A stretch of DNA of 64,000 nt, taken from the NCBI GenBank assembly GCA_965205615.1, contig CBDBHK010000010.1, positions 16,088 through 80,087 of the forward strand, in the 5' to 3' direction. This DNA comes from Acidobacteriota bacterium (GTDB lineage: Bacteria; Acidobacteriota; UBA6911; RPQK01; CBDAPI01). Both the position numbers and the translations under genes were made by a program. The notes under the pieces were generated by a model. It searched no databases and was not told the origin of the DNA. It was given only the letters and a program-made list of their open reading frames with translations. The number at the start of each line of letters is the position of its first letter. Position 1 is the first letter of the stretch. Positions 8,330 through 17,789 of this stretch are shown here, piece after piece.

Positions 8330-11300
8330 TTTGAGTGAGGGCAGCAAGGGGGTTCGGAGGGAGACCGCGACGGCTGCTGAACATGCTCCCATTCCAACCG
8401 TCACCACCAGAATGAGGGTGCCCAACAGAGACATCCAGGGGAGCGGATCCGGCCGGCTCAAGAGGGCGGGCGCCAACGCGACTGCGGCCGCCAGTGTGCC
8501 GCAAGAGATCCCAATCGCGAGCAGCCAGAAATTTTCGGCCACGACCATTTTCGAGAGGTCGGCGCGGGAGAAGCCAAAAGCCCGCATCACGGCCAGTTCA
8601 CGTCTTCGCTCCAGCACGTTGCGCAGCAGCACCACACCCAGGCCCAGAGTTCCCAGAACCAGGCCCAGTCCGCCCAGCACCTGGAACGTCGAGACGTAGG
8701 TGTTACGAACCGCCAGGTAGCGGGCCAACTGGTCGCGGGTACCCACAGCATCCAGGCCATAGTCTGCCAGCCACGTTTCCAGGCTGGAAGTCAGCCGGCC
8801 GGTCAGGGCGGGCGGAGCGTCCACCAGAAAGTAGGAATAGCCACTGCGGCTGGGGAAGAGCCGCTGAAAGGCGGCTTCCGAGATGAGAATCTCGCTTTGA
8901 AAGATGCTGGCATGGAGCAATCCCACAAGCCTCAGTCTTACGGGGCGGCCTGCCTCATCGGAGATGACCAGATCCTGACCGAGACTCGATTTGAGTATCC
9001 AGCGTACCGACTCGTAATCCCCGATTGCCGCGACCGCTTCCTCTCCCAGGTCCCTGTCCAGGATCCTCCACGGGTTGTCTCTCTCCCGCGCTGACAGGTC
9101 GCGCGCCAACCCCTGGTACTCGAAGCCTCCCCGCTCTTTGAAGTCGCTGTGAACACCCAGAATCCGCGGCTGGCGCGGCCGGTACAGGTTCAGACAGCTG
9201 GCGTCATCCCCGGGTTGTACCCGGAAGGGATAGATCCGCGTCTGCTCCAGCAGCGCATCCGCATCCTCGATGCCCAGATCAAATCTGCCGGAGTCCGTGT
9301 TCATATCCCGCAGCACCGGTACATCGGTCCGGGCCAGCAACTCGAATCCGCCCGTTGGCGAATCTTTCTGATCCAGGTTGTCTTGAAGAGCGGTCCGACT
9401 CGCCTCCACCGTCAGGATCGTAAAACAGGCCAGAGCCACCAGCACGACGCTGACCAGACTGCGTGCCGGATTCCGAGCCACGTTACGGAGAGCCAACCGC
9501 CACCAGGAGAAGGGGCCCCCACCCGTCAACTGGCGCTGTCCCACGCCACGAACCCTCGAGGAAACAAGGGAAAGCGAGAACAGCAGGATCAGGATCCCGA
9601 GTACGAAAAAGAGTAGCGTCGCCAGGTCCTGATCGTACGGGCCGAGCAGAATGAGGGCTGCAAGAACCGCAATCGAGAGAAATGCGGAGGCCCTGTTGAT
9701 CAGCCTGGTCCATCGACCCGGACCTGAGACGCCGGACTCCAACCGACCGGCCAGCAGATTCGCAGGAGGGAGACGCACCAGCTTTCGCACTGAGAGCCAA
9801 AGTGCCAGAGAGCCACTCACCAGACTGCCCGTAAAACCCAGCACCAGGGATGCCGGTGTAAATGAGACGCGCAGCAGAGTCGTCCCCACCGCTTCGTTCC
9901 AGAACGTTCGCAGCCCTGCCAGCATGGCCCAGCAATAGAACAGCGCCAGCCCTGAACCCACGACCGCACCTGCAACCAGTAACGGACCGGCCTCCGCCAA
10001 CAGCCGGCGCATGACCCTCCCCTTCCCGTAGCCGACCGCTGAAAGGATTCCGACTTCGCCGGATCGCCGCTCCACTGCCAGACGGAACAGAAGAGCCACC
10101 AGCAAGAGAGCCGCGACAATCAGGAAAAAACTGAACCCCGCGAAAAGACCCGCAAAGTCAGTGGGGCCGCGGGCGGCTGCCAGACCTTCGCGGCGCAATT
10201 CGCCGAGACGAAACCCTCCGGAGTCCAGGGTCAGCTCTTTTTTCAACTCGGCTTCGAACCCTTCGGGAAACACCGTTAAGGGGAAATCCGGATCCGTAGC
10301 CAGCCGAATACTGGTGGTGTTTCCGAAGCGGCTCGACCAGAGCTGACGCCCACGTTTCAGGGAGACAAAGGCCTTCGGGATTGCGCCAAAGCGATCCCAG
10401 TATTCCTCATCCTGCGGGCGAATCCAATCCAGGTTCACGGGAAAGGGTGGATCCCACCGGGCCATATCCTCGACCTCGTGAATCCCGGGGTACTCCGGTG
10501 TCAGCAGGGGGTCGCTCCCCATCGCGTCCATGGCCACCACGCCGGCAAGTTGAAACCCGGCACGTCGGGTTACGAACTCGTCCCCGGGTCCCACCTCGTA
10601 GTAGGTCATCTCGACCCGGTCCCCGGTCCGGGCGGCCAGCTCCCGCGCAGCCCACTCGTTCAGGTAGAGGGCGCCAGCCTCGAGGGGGGCCGCAAGCTCA
10701 CCATTCCGGAGAAGGAGCCGGGGTAGATCATCGGCAGGGATCGGATCGACCGCGGCTACGGTAGAGTAGGGGACGGCCCCTCTCCCGGTCTCGAGACGGT
10801 TGGACAGATACGCCAGGACCGGCTGACTCCGCAGCTTCAGACGGTTCGCAGCCGCGTGCACCGCTTCCACCTGGAAGGGCTTGAGGACGAAACTGGAACT
10901 CTCGACCGAAAGGTAGCGATTCCCCCGTCGGATCTTGAATCCGTAGTCCGGCGCCCTCAGAGTCTCTTTCACGACGCGCCTTAACTCCTCGGGTTTCAGG
11001 GGGTGGCTGCCGCTGAACAAAACCAGATTGACCCGACCTTCCTGATCGAGTGCCCGCTGCACATCCCGGAGCGGGAGATAGGCATTGAACCCGCTCGATT
11101 GGGAAGGCCGGATCTCGAACTGGCCCACGCCTTCGTCATCAACAACCTGCTGAATGACAGCGCGCATGGTCTTCACCACGCTGGACGAATCGCGCTCGCC
11201 CAAAAGCGACTCCCGGGCAACCTCGGAGACACCCATCAGGTGGAACAGGACGTGATCGCCCACCCCGGCGCCTAGCTCCTGACCCAGTGACGCATTGATG

Positions 11301-11704
11301 ACCGCGCCGGGCAAGCTCTGACCCTCGACTCTCTCCAGTCTCAATCTCTCCTCAAATAGAGTTCCGAAACTCTTATCTACCCCGTAGAGGCGAACCCCTG
11401 AGGCGCGGCTCTGGTCTACCGGACGAGTGGAGCTCCCCGGCATAAAAATCACCGGCGTGGCGGTGATCGAGTGTTCCTGAAAAGTGGAGTGGTCATTGAG
11501 ACGAAGGGCCAGGGATTCGTTAACGAAGCGCTGCGTCAGCAGGACCGAGTCAATCGGGCCCAGGCGGTCCAGAACGAGGCGACTCAAACTGGCTCGTACC
11601 GAATCTCCGACGATCAGGCCTCCGGTGATCACGGCACAGGTCACCGCCACCGCCGCCGTCAGGGCCAGATTCACCCTCCAGTAGTGGACTAGACTTCGCA
11701 GCAC
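8318..11704 (-). CDS. ABC transporter permease with duplicated FtsX domains (MacB-like, giant Acidobacteria-type)
   Basis: 1128 aa. N-terminal TM, large periplasmic domains and two FtsX 4-TM modules. Overlaps the upstream ATPase gene by 16 nt. Confidence 0.8.
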   Translation of the reverse strand: MLRSLVHYWRVNLALTAAVAVTCAVITGGLIVGDSVRASLSRLVLDRLGPIDSVLLTQRFVNESLALRLNDHSTFQEHSITATPVIFMPGSSTRPVDQSRASGVRLYGVDKSFGTLFEERLRLERVEGQSLPGAVINASLGQELGAGVGDHVLFHLMGVSEVARESLLGERDSSSVVKTMRAVIQQVVDDEGVGQFEIRPSQSSGFNAYLPLRDVQRALDQEGRVNLVLFSGSHPLKPEELRRVVKETLRAPDYGFKIRRGNRYLSVESSSFVLKPFQVEAVHAAANRLKLRSQPVLAYLSNRLETGRGAVPYSTVAAVDPIPADDLPRLLLRNGELAAPLEAGALYLNEWAARELAARTGDRVEMTYYEVGPGDEFVTRRAGFQLAGVVAMDAMGSDPLLTPEYPGIHEVEDMARWDPPFPVNLDWIRPQDEEYWDRFGAIPKAFVSLKRGRQLWSSRFGNTTSIRLATDPDFPLTVFPEGFEAELKKELTLDSGGFRLGELRREGLAAARGPTDFAGLFAGFSFFLIVAALLLVALLFRLAVERRSGEVGILSAVGYGKGRVMRRLLAEAGPLLVAGAVVGSGLALFYCWAMLAGLRTFWNEAVGTTLLRVSFTPASLVLGFTGSLVSGSLALWLSVRKLVRLPPANLLAGRLESGVSGPGRWTRLINRASAFLSIAVLAALILLGPYDQDLATLLFFVLGILILLFSLSLVSSRVRGVGQRQLTGGGPFSWWRLALRNVARNPARSLVSVVLVALACFTILTVEASRTALQDNLDQKDSPTGGFELLARTDVPVLRDMNTDSGRFDLGIEDADALLEQTRIYPFRVQPGDDASCLNLYRPRQPRILGVHSDFKERGGFEYQGLARDLSARERDNPWRILDRDLGEEAVAAIGDYESVRWILKSSLGQDLVISDEAGRPVRLRLVGLLHASIFQSEILISEAAFQRLFPSRSGYSYFLVDAPPALTGRLTSSLETWLADYGLDAVGTRDQLARYLAVRNTYVSTFQVLGGLGLVLGTLGLGVVLLRNVLERRRELAVMRAFGFSRADLSKMVVAENFWLLAIGISCGTLAAAVALAPALLSRPDPLPWMSLLGTLILVVTVGMGACSAAVAVSLRTPLLPSLKTER

Positions 11705-12376
11705 AACCCTTCCCTCAGGCGGAGGCGACGGGGGAAACGGGCAGCCAGGCGGTGGCTATGGGTGACGACGAGCATCAGCAGCTGGTTCTCCTCCTGCACC
11801 TCAAAAAGGACATCCGACACCTGACCGGCAGTCGCACTGTCCAGGCTCCCGGTGGGCTCGTCACAGAGCAGAATGCGGGGAGAATTAATGAGGGCTCTGG
11901 CAATCGCGACTCTCTGCCGCTCGCCGCCGGACAGCTCGCCCGGCCGGTGCTCCATGCGATCAGCCAGTCCAACCCTTTCGAGCAGGTCCCTCGCATGATC
12001 GACCTTTCCAGTGCCGTCAGCCCCTCCGGCCAGCGCTGGAACCAGAACATTCTCGAACACCGAATACTGGGGAAGCAGGTGGTGCTCCTGGAAAATGAAT
12101 CCAATGGTCCGGTTTCGAAACCGGGCGAGCTTTTTTTCCTGCCAGTCGAAAGGCGACTGGGAATCGATCTCCACCCTTCCCGATGTAGGAGGCTCCAGCG
12201 TCCCCAGAATGTGCAGGAGTGTGCTCTTCCCAGAACCCGAGGGACCGGTCACCGCGATCCTCTCCCCCGCCTCAGCTTGAAAGCTCACACCCCTCAAAAC
12301 CTCGACTCTGTGGTGCTTCAGGTCAAAGCCCTTGTGCACATTCAGAACTCTGAGAATACGAACCTCTTCCCTCACG
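11689..12376 (-). CDS. ABC transporter ATP-binding protein (MacB/LolD-like)
   Basis: GTG start (VREEVRILRVLNVHKGF) preceded by GGAG. Walker A GPSGSGKS, LSGGERQRVAIARAL, Walker B ILLCDEP. The ORF-track N-terminal extension is low-complexity and overlaps the neighbour. Confidence 0.8.
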
Positions 12377-13895
12377 GCGTTTCTCCTGTCCCTATGCCGG
12401 CCTGACCGGGCTCGCCTTCGCTCCTCCCGTCCCAGTTCTCCGAAAAAAAGGGTCTCAGAACGGCCTCTTCTGGAGGGGAGGTGAGCAGTGACACCAATAT
12501 CATCGCACAGGATGAGGCGCCAAGAATGACCACCAGCGGCAGAAGCCCGGTTCCAGCGATCGAGTAACCCGCCACCCGCCACCCCATCCAGAAGAAGCCC
12601 GCCCACAGCACTGCTGTCACCAGGATAGCCGCCAGCGCTCCCCACCTCGTGCTTCTTTTCCAGAACAGCGCTGCCAGAAGAACCGGGAGCAGGGCGCTGT
12701 AACCCGTAAAAGACCAGATTCCGAGGCTGAAGATGCTGGGGTCCGTAACCAGAGAAAGAAGAAAGCAGGAAGCCAGAACCAGGGTGACAAAAAGTCTTCC
12801 GGAGAGAACCTGGCGACGCTCTCGCATCCGGTCACGAAGCCCGTAGTGCCGGACCACGTCGTGCGTAAAGATCGTACTCACGGCCAGAACTTGAGAATCA
12901 AGGGAAGACATGATGGCGGCCAGGACACCGGCCGCCAGGAATCCTGCCAGTAACTCGGGGGAGTCGTGCTGGATCAGACGCACCAGAACCGAGTTTGTCT
13001 CTGATCCCTGGAGATTGGGAAACGGAATTCGGGCCAGGACACCCAGCAGGACCGTGGGTACCCACAGGATGCCTATCAAGACGGGATAAGCAGCCACGGG
13101 AAGGCGAAAGGCCCGGGCATCTCTGGCTGACAGCCAGTGCATGAACAGGTGCGGGAACATGGCGGCCGAGAGCGGGATGAGGAGAAAAGAAAACAGTTCC
13201 AGCCCCGTCACTCCACCACCGATCGTCAACAGTTGCGGATGGGTCTGCTGGAGCAGCTTCATGGCCTGGCCCAGCCCGCCAAGCCGTCCGGAGACATAGA
13301 TGAAGGTGACCAGGCCAAGGCTCAAGAATACCAGCGTCTGAAATGTGTTCGCCCAGGATGTACCGCCCAATCCGCTGCTCACAACATAGACGAAAACCAC
13401 CGCGCACACGATCAGACTGCCCAGCCACTGCGGTACGGTTCCTCCGGTGATCTGGCGCAAGGTGATACCGGCCCCCATGACCCCGATCAAGAGATAGGGA
13501 ATCAAGAGGATCAACAGAAATATGAAAAGGGTTCCCGAAACCATCTCGGACTGCCAGCGAGCGCGAAAGAACTGGGCCTGGGTCAGACAGCCCAGCCGTT
13601 GTCCGATGACCCAGACTCTCCTGCCCAGAAAATGAAAGACCAAGGGAACAAGCAGGGCTGAAGAGGACGCCATCATGGCGAAGACTCCGATCCCTCGTCG
13701 GTAGGCCTCACTAGACGAGCCCAGCAGGGCAAAGGCGGTCATCTGTGTGCCGAAAAGCGACATCAGGAGCACGAAGGGCCCAATCGTGCGACTGGCCAGG
13801 AAGTAGCTCTCACCCGTTCCACGCAGAAACTTCCGGCCGGCCAGCCCTATGCCGATAAGAACCGAGAAATACAAGGCAATGATCAGAATACTCAC
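12372..13895 (-). CDS. sodium:solute symporter family (SSF) transporter
   Basis: ~13 TM. N-terminus VSILIIALYFSVLIGIGL typical of SSF. GTG start overlapping the TGA of the upstream small ORF (GTGA). Confidence 0.75.
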   Translation of the reverse strand: MSILIIALYFSVLIGIGLAGRKFLRGTGESYFLASRTIGPFVLLMSLFGTQMTAFALLGSSSEAYRRGIGVFAMMASSSALLVPLVFHFLGRRVWVIGQRLGCLTQAQFFRARWQSEMVSGTLFIFLLILLIPYLLIGVMGAGITLRQITGGTVPQWLGSLIVCAVVFVYVVSSGLGGTSWANTFQTLVFLSLGLVTFIYVSGRLGGLGQAMKLLQQTHPQLLTIGGGVTGLELFSFLLIPLSAAMFPHLFMHWLSARDARAFRLPVAAYPVLIGILWVPTVLLGVLARIPFPNLQGSETNSVLVRLIQHDSPELLAGFLAAGVLAAIMSSLDSQVLAVSTIFTHDVVRHYGLRDRMRERRQVLSGRLFVTLVLASCFLLSLVTDPSIFSLGIWSFTGYSALLPVLLAALFWKRSTRWGALAAILVTAVLWAGFFWMGWRVAGYSIAGTGLLPLVVILGASSCAMILVSLLTSPPEEAVLRPFFSENWDGRSEGEPGQAGIGTGETP

Positions 13896-14098
13896 CAGTC
13901 TTTCCCCGACCCTTTCTTCCCGAAAACAAGCAGCGTGAAGAGCGCGGAGGCCGCGAGGCACAGGAGAAGGTGAAAAGCCAGTCCCACAGGAAGGCTCAGG
14001 TAAAGAGTGGCGTCGTCCCAGTTCCAGAAATCATGGTGAAGCAGAAGCAGCACCAGCAGGGCGGTCAGCAGAATTCCGCGACGTCTCATAAAGCTCAC
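13892..14098 (-). CDS. small membrane protein, putative SSF symporter small subunit (DUF3311-like)
   Basis: 68 aa, two hydrophobic helices, translationally coupled (GTGA overlap) to the SSF transporter. Confidence 0.45.
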   Translation of the reverse strand: MSFMRRRGILLTALLVLLLLHHDFWNWDDATLYLSLPVGLAFHLLLCLAASALFTLLVFGKKGSGKDW

Positions 14099-14186
14099 TA
14101 TCCTCTAATCGGCTTCGTATGTTAACGGCGGGGATGCAGGAATCCAAACCGTGGAACCTGGAACTCGACTTTGTTAAGCTCCCCGA

Positions 14187-14369
14187 ATGTATGAAAGACA
14201 AGCAGCCAGTTTCGACCTCTACCCCGAACAGCAGGAGTGGCTGTCCGAAATGACCAAGAAATTCGCGCTTCCGGACGAAAGCAAGGCCCTTCGAGTATTA
14301 CTGGAATTCGCGCGTACTGAAGCAGACCTTGAGGCGGTCTTTAACGACATCCGCTGTACCCGGTGCTAG
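14187..14369 (+). CDS. small hypothetical protein, possible ribbon-helix-helix fold
   Basis: 60 aa. Predicted beta-strand (ASFDLYP) then two helices (EQQEWLSEMTKKF / SKALRVLLEFA). Orphan, no partner toxin. Confidence 0.3.
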   Translation: MYERQAASFDLYPEQQEWLSEMTKKFALPDESKALRVLLEFARTEADLEAVFNDIRCTRC

Positions 14370-14423
14370 CAGCCCGTGGTGAAAGTCCGGGTTCTGAGTT
14401 TTCGATCGAAAAGGAGAAACATG

Positions 14424-14503
14424 GAAAGTGGGAGGGGCCTTGAAGGTGCCGGGGCCGGGGGGATTTAAACGGCCCCGGCACCTTCAAGGCCCCTCCCACT
14501 TTC
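14424..14503. repeat. perfect 33-bp-arm inverted repeat (giant hairpin) between convergent genes
   Basis: gaaagtgggaggggccttgaaggtgccggggcc - 14-nt loop - ggccccggcaccttcaaggcccctcccactttc: exact reverse complements. Confidence 0.8.
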
Positions 14504-14533
14504 AAGATTTCAGGTCCAGGTCCTCGGCCCCCG

Positions 14534-16663
14534 CTAACGCGTAAAGGTAAGAGTTGCGAAGACGCCGAAGCGGTCGGCAGGGATTACTGAGTTCGTACCA
14601 AATCCCCGCAGCTCGTAATCTCGGTTCGTCAGGTTCTTGAAGTTCACGCTGATCTTCCAGTTGCGCACACCGTAGGAAGCAACCGCGTCAAAGACCAGGT
14701 AGTCGTCCAGCGCGAATCGATTGTCTGCAGCGATGAACTGCCCGCTTACGAAGCGGGATCCGAAGCCGATTCCGAAGCCCCGGTTGAATCGCCGGTGGGT
14801 CCAGATGTTGAGAATGTGGCGTGGTGCGAACGGTGCGCGGCTGCCGGTGCGGTCCACGGTTCCAAAGACCAGAGGGTTGACGCCGACGATCGAGGTCTCG
14901 GTGAACTCCGTGAGCTGGGAGCGGTTGTAGGCATAGCTGGCGAAGGTGTGCCACAGGGGCCGGTGCTGCGCACTCCAGGAGAGCTCCAGGCCCCGTGATC
15001 TCTGAGAGCCGGTTTCCCTGAAGAAACCGTTCTGGTCGGGAATGGCGATATTGGTCTTCTCCAGGTGGTAGACGGCCACCTGAGCCTGAATTCTGTCGCC
15101 CAGCCACTTCTTTTTTACACCTCCCTCAACCTGACGGCTCTCCTCGGGCTTCCGTTCCCCGGTCACCAGCGAAGAGGGGGGAGAAAAGGCGCTGCCTCCG
15201 TTCACGTAGAAGGAAAGATCCCTGCGTGGCTGCACAAGGAGTCCCACCATCGGGTTGAACTGGGTTTCATTGCGCCGCGTGTCGGAGAATTCTTCCGTGT
15301 AATCCAGAAAATCCAGACGCCCGCCGAGATAAAGCTGTACTTGCTCCGACAACTGGATGCGATCCACGACGTAGGGCGCCAGAATCCGGCTCCGGGCATC
15401 CCCCAACTGGTCCTGTCCCGGCAAGGGGAACCGGGGCTCGTCAACGCCCGGCTGCGGGTCGAAAAGATCGAGTGTCGGAAGGAACGAGACTTCCAGAAGA
15501 AAGTCGTCGATGAGGCGGTTGGCCTCAAACCCCACCAGGAGCTCGTGTCGAAGCACCCCGCTATCGAAGGTGAAGACGGACTCGAACTGGGCTCCGAACA
15601 GCTTTTGCCGGTCGTCGAGCCGATTCAGCAGCCGCACGACCTGCAGACCCCCCGTTCCGAAATCGGGAACGACGCCGCTGATGAGAGTACCGTTACTCAA
15701 CCACTCCAGATCGGTGTAGTAGATCTTGGTTCGCCACCGGACGGCGTCACTTACATACGAGTCCCAGTCGAAGCGAAAGCGGAAAATGTCCTGATCCGAA
15801 TCATCGTAGCTCGAACCATAGGAGGTGCGTCGCGGCACTTCCGGAAGGGTGTCGCCAAGTACAGGTATGCCCGCATCCGGAGTGTATTCGTTGGTGACAT
15901 ATTCGAGATTGACCGTGAAGGTGTTGGCGGCTCCTGCCTTCCATTGAACCGCCGGATTGACGGCAACCTGGTAATTCTCGCGGTTGTGGCGGTAACCGTC
16001 TGATCGTTGGCCCATGGCGTTGAGCCGGAAGGCGACCGGGGACTCCCGGCCGCCCAGATTGAGATCAAGCTGCCCGCGAACCGTACCGAACGATCCCAGG
16101 GTGCCGGCGCCTTGAATGAACCTCTCTCCCAGGCGCGGTTGCTTTCGGGCCAGGTTGACCGCACCCGAGAGCGGGCTCCCTCCGTACAGAAAGGTTGAAG
16201 GCCCGCGCAACACCTCAACCTGATCGACGTTGTATAGATGGTAATAGGTGGCTTCCGGCTCCCCGGCACCGTCCGTCAGCACCAGGCCACCAGAAAGAGA
16301 ATCGAATCCCCGGATCAGGAACAAATCGTGCACGCCGAAATTGGTCTGAATGTTGACACCGGGGGCATTGGTGAGAGCATCGCTCAGGATGACCGCATCC
16401 TGGCTCTTGAAAAGTGACTGCGGGATCACCGTCACGCTGGCTGGAATCTGGTGAATTGGGACCGCCATCTTGGTGGCGATGGTGGTTTCGCCGGCCACCG
16501 GAGGGAGGCTCTCCTCAACAGTCACGATGAAGGGTCCCTCGAGTTTTCGCTGCTCCGCTTCTTCCGACTCGCCGGCCGACGTTTCTGCTTCAGACTCGAC
16601 CCTTTCCTGGGCCCGGACCGGGGAAAGAAATACGAAGAAAAAGAGAGCCGGCAGGAGTCTCAC
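14534..16663 (-). CDS. TonB-dependent outer-membrane receptor
   Basis: Plug-domain motifs (VLRGPSTFLYGG...) and a long beta-barrel region. GTG start giving signal peptide VRLLPALFFFVFLSPVRAQE. GTG overlaps the TGA of the upstream PQQ gene. Confidence 0.8.
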   Translation of the reverse strand: MRLLPALFFFVFLSPVRAQERVESEAETSAGESEEAEQRKLEGPFIVTVEESLPPVAGETTIATKMAVPIHQIPASVTVIPQSLFKSQDAVILSDALTNAPGVNIQTNFGVHDLFLIRGFDSLSGGLVLTDGAGEPEATYYHLYNVDQVEVLRGPSTFLYGGSPLSGAVNLARKQPRLGERFIQGAGTLGSFGTVRGQLDLNLGGRESPVAFRLNAMGQRSDGYRHNRENYQVAVNPAVQWKAGAANTFTVNLEYVTNEYTPDAGIPVLGDTLPEVPRRTSYGSSYDDSDQDIFRFRFDWDSYVSDAVRWRTKIYYTDLEWLSNGTLISGVVPDFGTGGLQVVRLLNRLDDRQKLFGAQFESVFTFDSGVLRHELLVGFEANRLIDDFLLEVSFLPTLDLFDPQPGVDEPRFPLPGQDQLGDARSRILAPYVVDRIQLSEQVQLYLGGRLDFLDYTEEFSDTRRNETQFNPMVGLLVQPRRDLSFYVNGGSAFSPPSSLVTGERKPEESRQVEGGVKKKWLGDRIQAQVAVYHLEKTNIAIPDQNGFFRETGSQRSRGLELSWSAQHRPLWHTFASYAYNRSQLTEFTETSIVGVNPLVFGTVDRTGSRAPFAPRHILNIWTHRRFNRGFGIGFGSRFVSGQFIAADNRFALDDYLVFDAVASYGVRNWKISVNFKNLTNRDYELRGFGTNSVIPADRFGVFATLTFTR

Positions 16664-17763
16664 TGCTCCTCCGCTCTGCCCAGACAATAGACAATCCCGT
16701 CCAGTGTACCGATCACCAGCCGACCGTCCGAGACGGCCGGTGAGGCGTGAATACCACCACCTGTTTCGAATTGCCACAAGGGGTCACCGGTCTGGAGATC
16801 CAATCCGAAGAGAACTCCTCTGGTGTCCGCGACGAAGACCACGCCACCGGCGACCAGCGGCGACGAGTCCACCCTGGAGCGCGTCAGAAAAGCCCAGCGG
16901 GCTTTCCCGCTCTTACGGTCAATGGCATGGACCATCTTGTCCCGACCCCCGATCACCACAAGATCACTGGTGACAGCCGGGGAAGAATAAAAGGGGAAAT
17001 GGCGCCTGGCGTGTTCGTACACCCACTCGAGCCCCTTCTTCTCCATATCAACCGCCAGCACCTGGTTCTCGAAGGTCCCTACGTAAAGGCTCCCCTCCAG
17101 ATGGGCCGGACTGGAACCAATATAGGCACCAAGATCAATTTTCTCTACCTCCTCTCCGTCGGAAACGCGGATCAGGCGCAGAAACCCGTCGCATCCCGTC
17201 ACCACGACCGCACCCTGTACGACCACTGGACTGCCGTGAATGTAGCCCCCGGTCTCCTGCTTCCACCTGAGTTGGCCGCTGCCGGCCGACAGGCAATAAA
17301 CGAAGTTGTCGTAGGAACCAAACAGAACGGACTCACCCAGGAAATTAGCTGAGGATTTGATTCCCGCCCCGGCCTGAAAGGTCCAGACTTTCGCTCCATC
17401 CGAAGCTCGCAGGGCGAAAAAGGAGCCCATCTCATCGCCGAAAAAGACCATTCCGTTCTTGACCAGGGCTGAGGAGCGAATCTCATCCGTGGCCTTGAAA
17501 CGCCACCTCTCCCTTCCATCCTCGAGGTTCAGGGCGTAGAAGACTCCACCCAACCCTCCCAGGTACACGGCTCCGTCTTCAAGTGCCGCCGTTGCCTCGA
17601 CTCCCTCCTTGATCTCGAAAGTCCAGACAGGTTCCAGAGGCAAGGGCACCTCGCCCTGAAATACTCCGGTCTGTTGAGGATCACCGCGAAACATGGGCCA
17701 GGACTGTGCGGACAGTGGCAGGGCCGCCGCCAGGATCCCCAAAAGGAATGTCGTCAGCTTCAT
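16660..17763 (-). CDS. secreted PQQ-repeat beta-propeller protein (BamB-like fold)
   Basis: Signal peptide MKLTTFLLGILAAALPLSAQS. Repeated ...DG..VW motifs of PQQ-like propellers. Confidence 0.7.
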   Translation of the reverse strand: MKLTTFLLGILAAALPLSAQSWPMFRGDPQQTGVFQGEVPLPLEPVWTFEIKEGVEATAALEDGAVYLGGLGGVFYALNLEDGRERWRFKATDEIRSSALVKNGMVFFGDEMGSFFALRASDGAKVWTFQAGAGIKSSANFLGESVLFGSYDNFVYCLSAGSGQLRWKQETGGYIHGSPVVVQGAVVVTGCDGFLRLIRVSDGEEVEKIDLGAYIGSSPAHLEGSLYVGTFENQVLAVDMEKKGLEWVYEHARRHFPFYSSPAVTSDLVVIGGRDKMVHAIDRKSGKARWAFLTRSRVDSSPLVAGGVVFVADTRGVLFGLDLQTGDPLWQFETGGGIHASPAVSDGRLVIGTLDGIVYCLGRAEEQ

Positions 17764-17789
17764 GAGAATTGGCCTTTCACCACGGACTG

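Noticed and set aside
12377-12645. N-terminal extension MGSAGGYPGD... of the ABC ATPase ORF
   Set aside because: Low-complexity Gly/Arg text overlapping the SSF transporter gene. A GTG with GGAG RBS at 12376 gives a normal-length ATPase.
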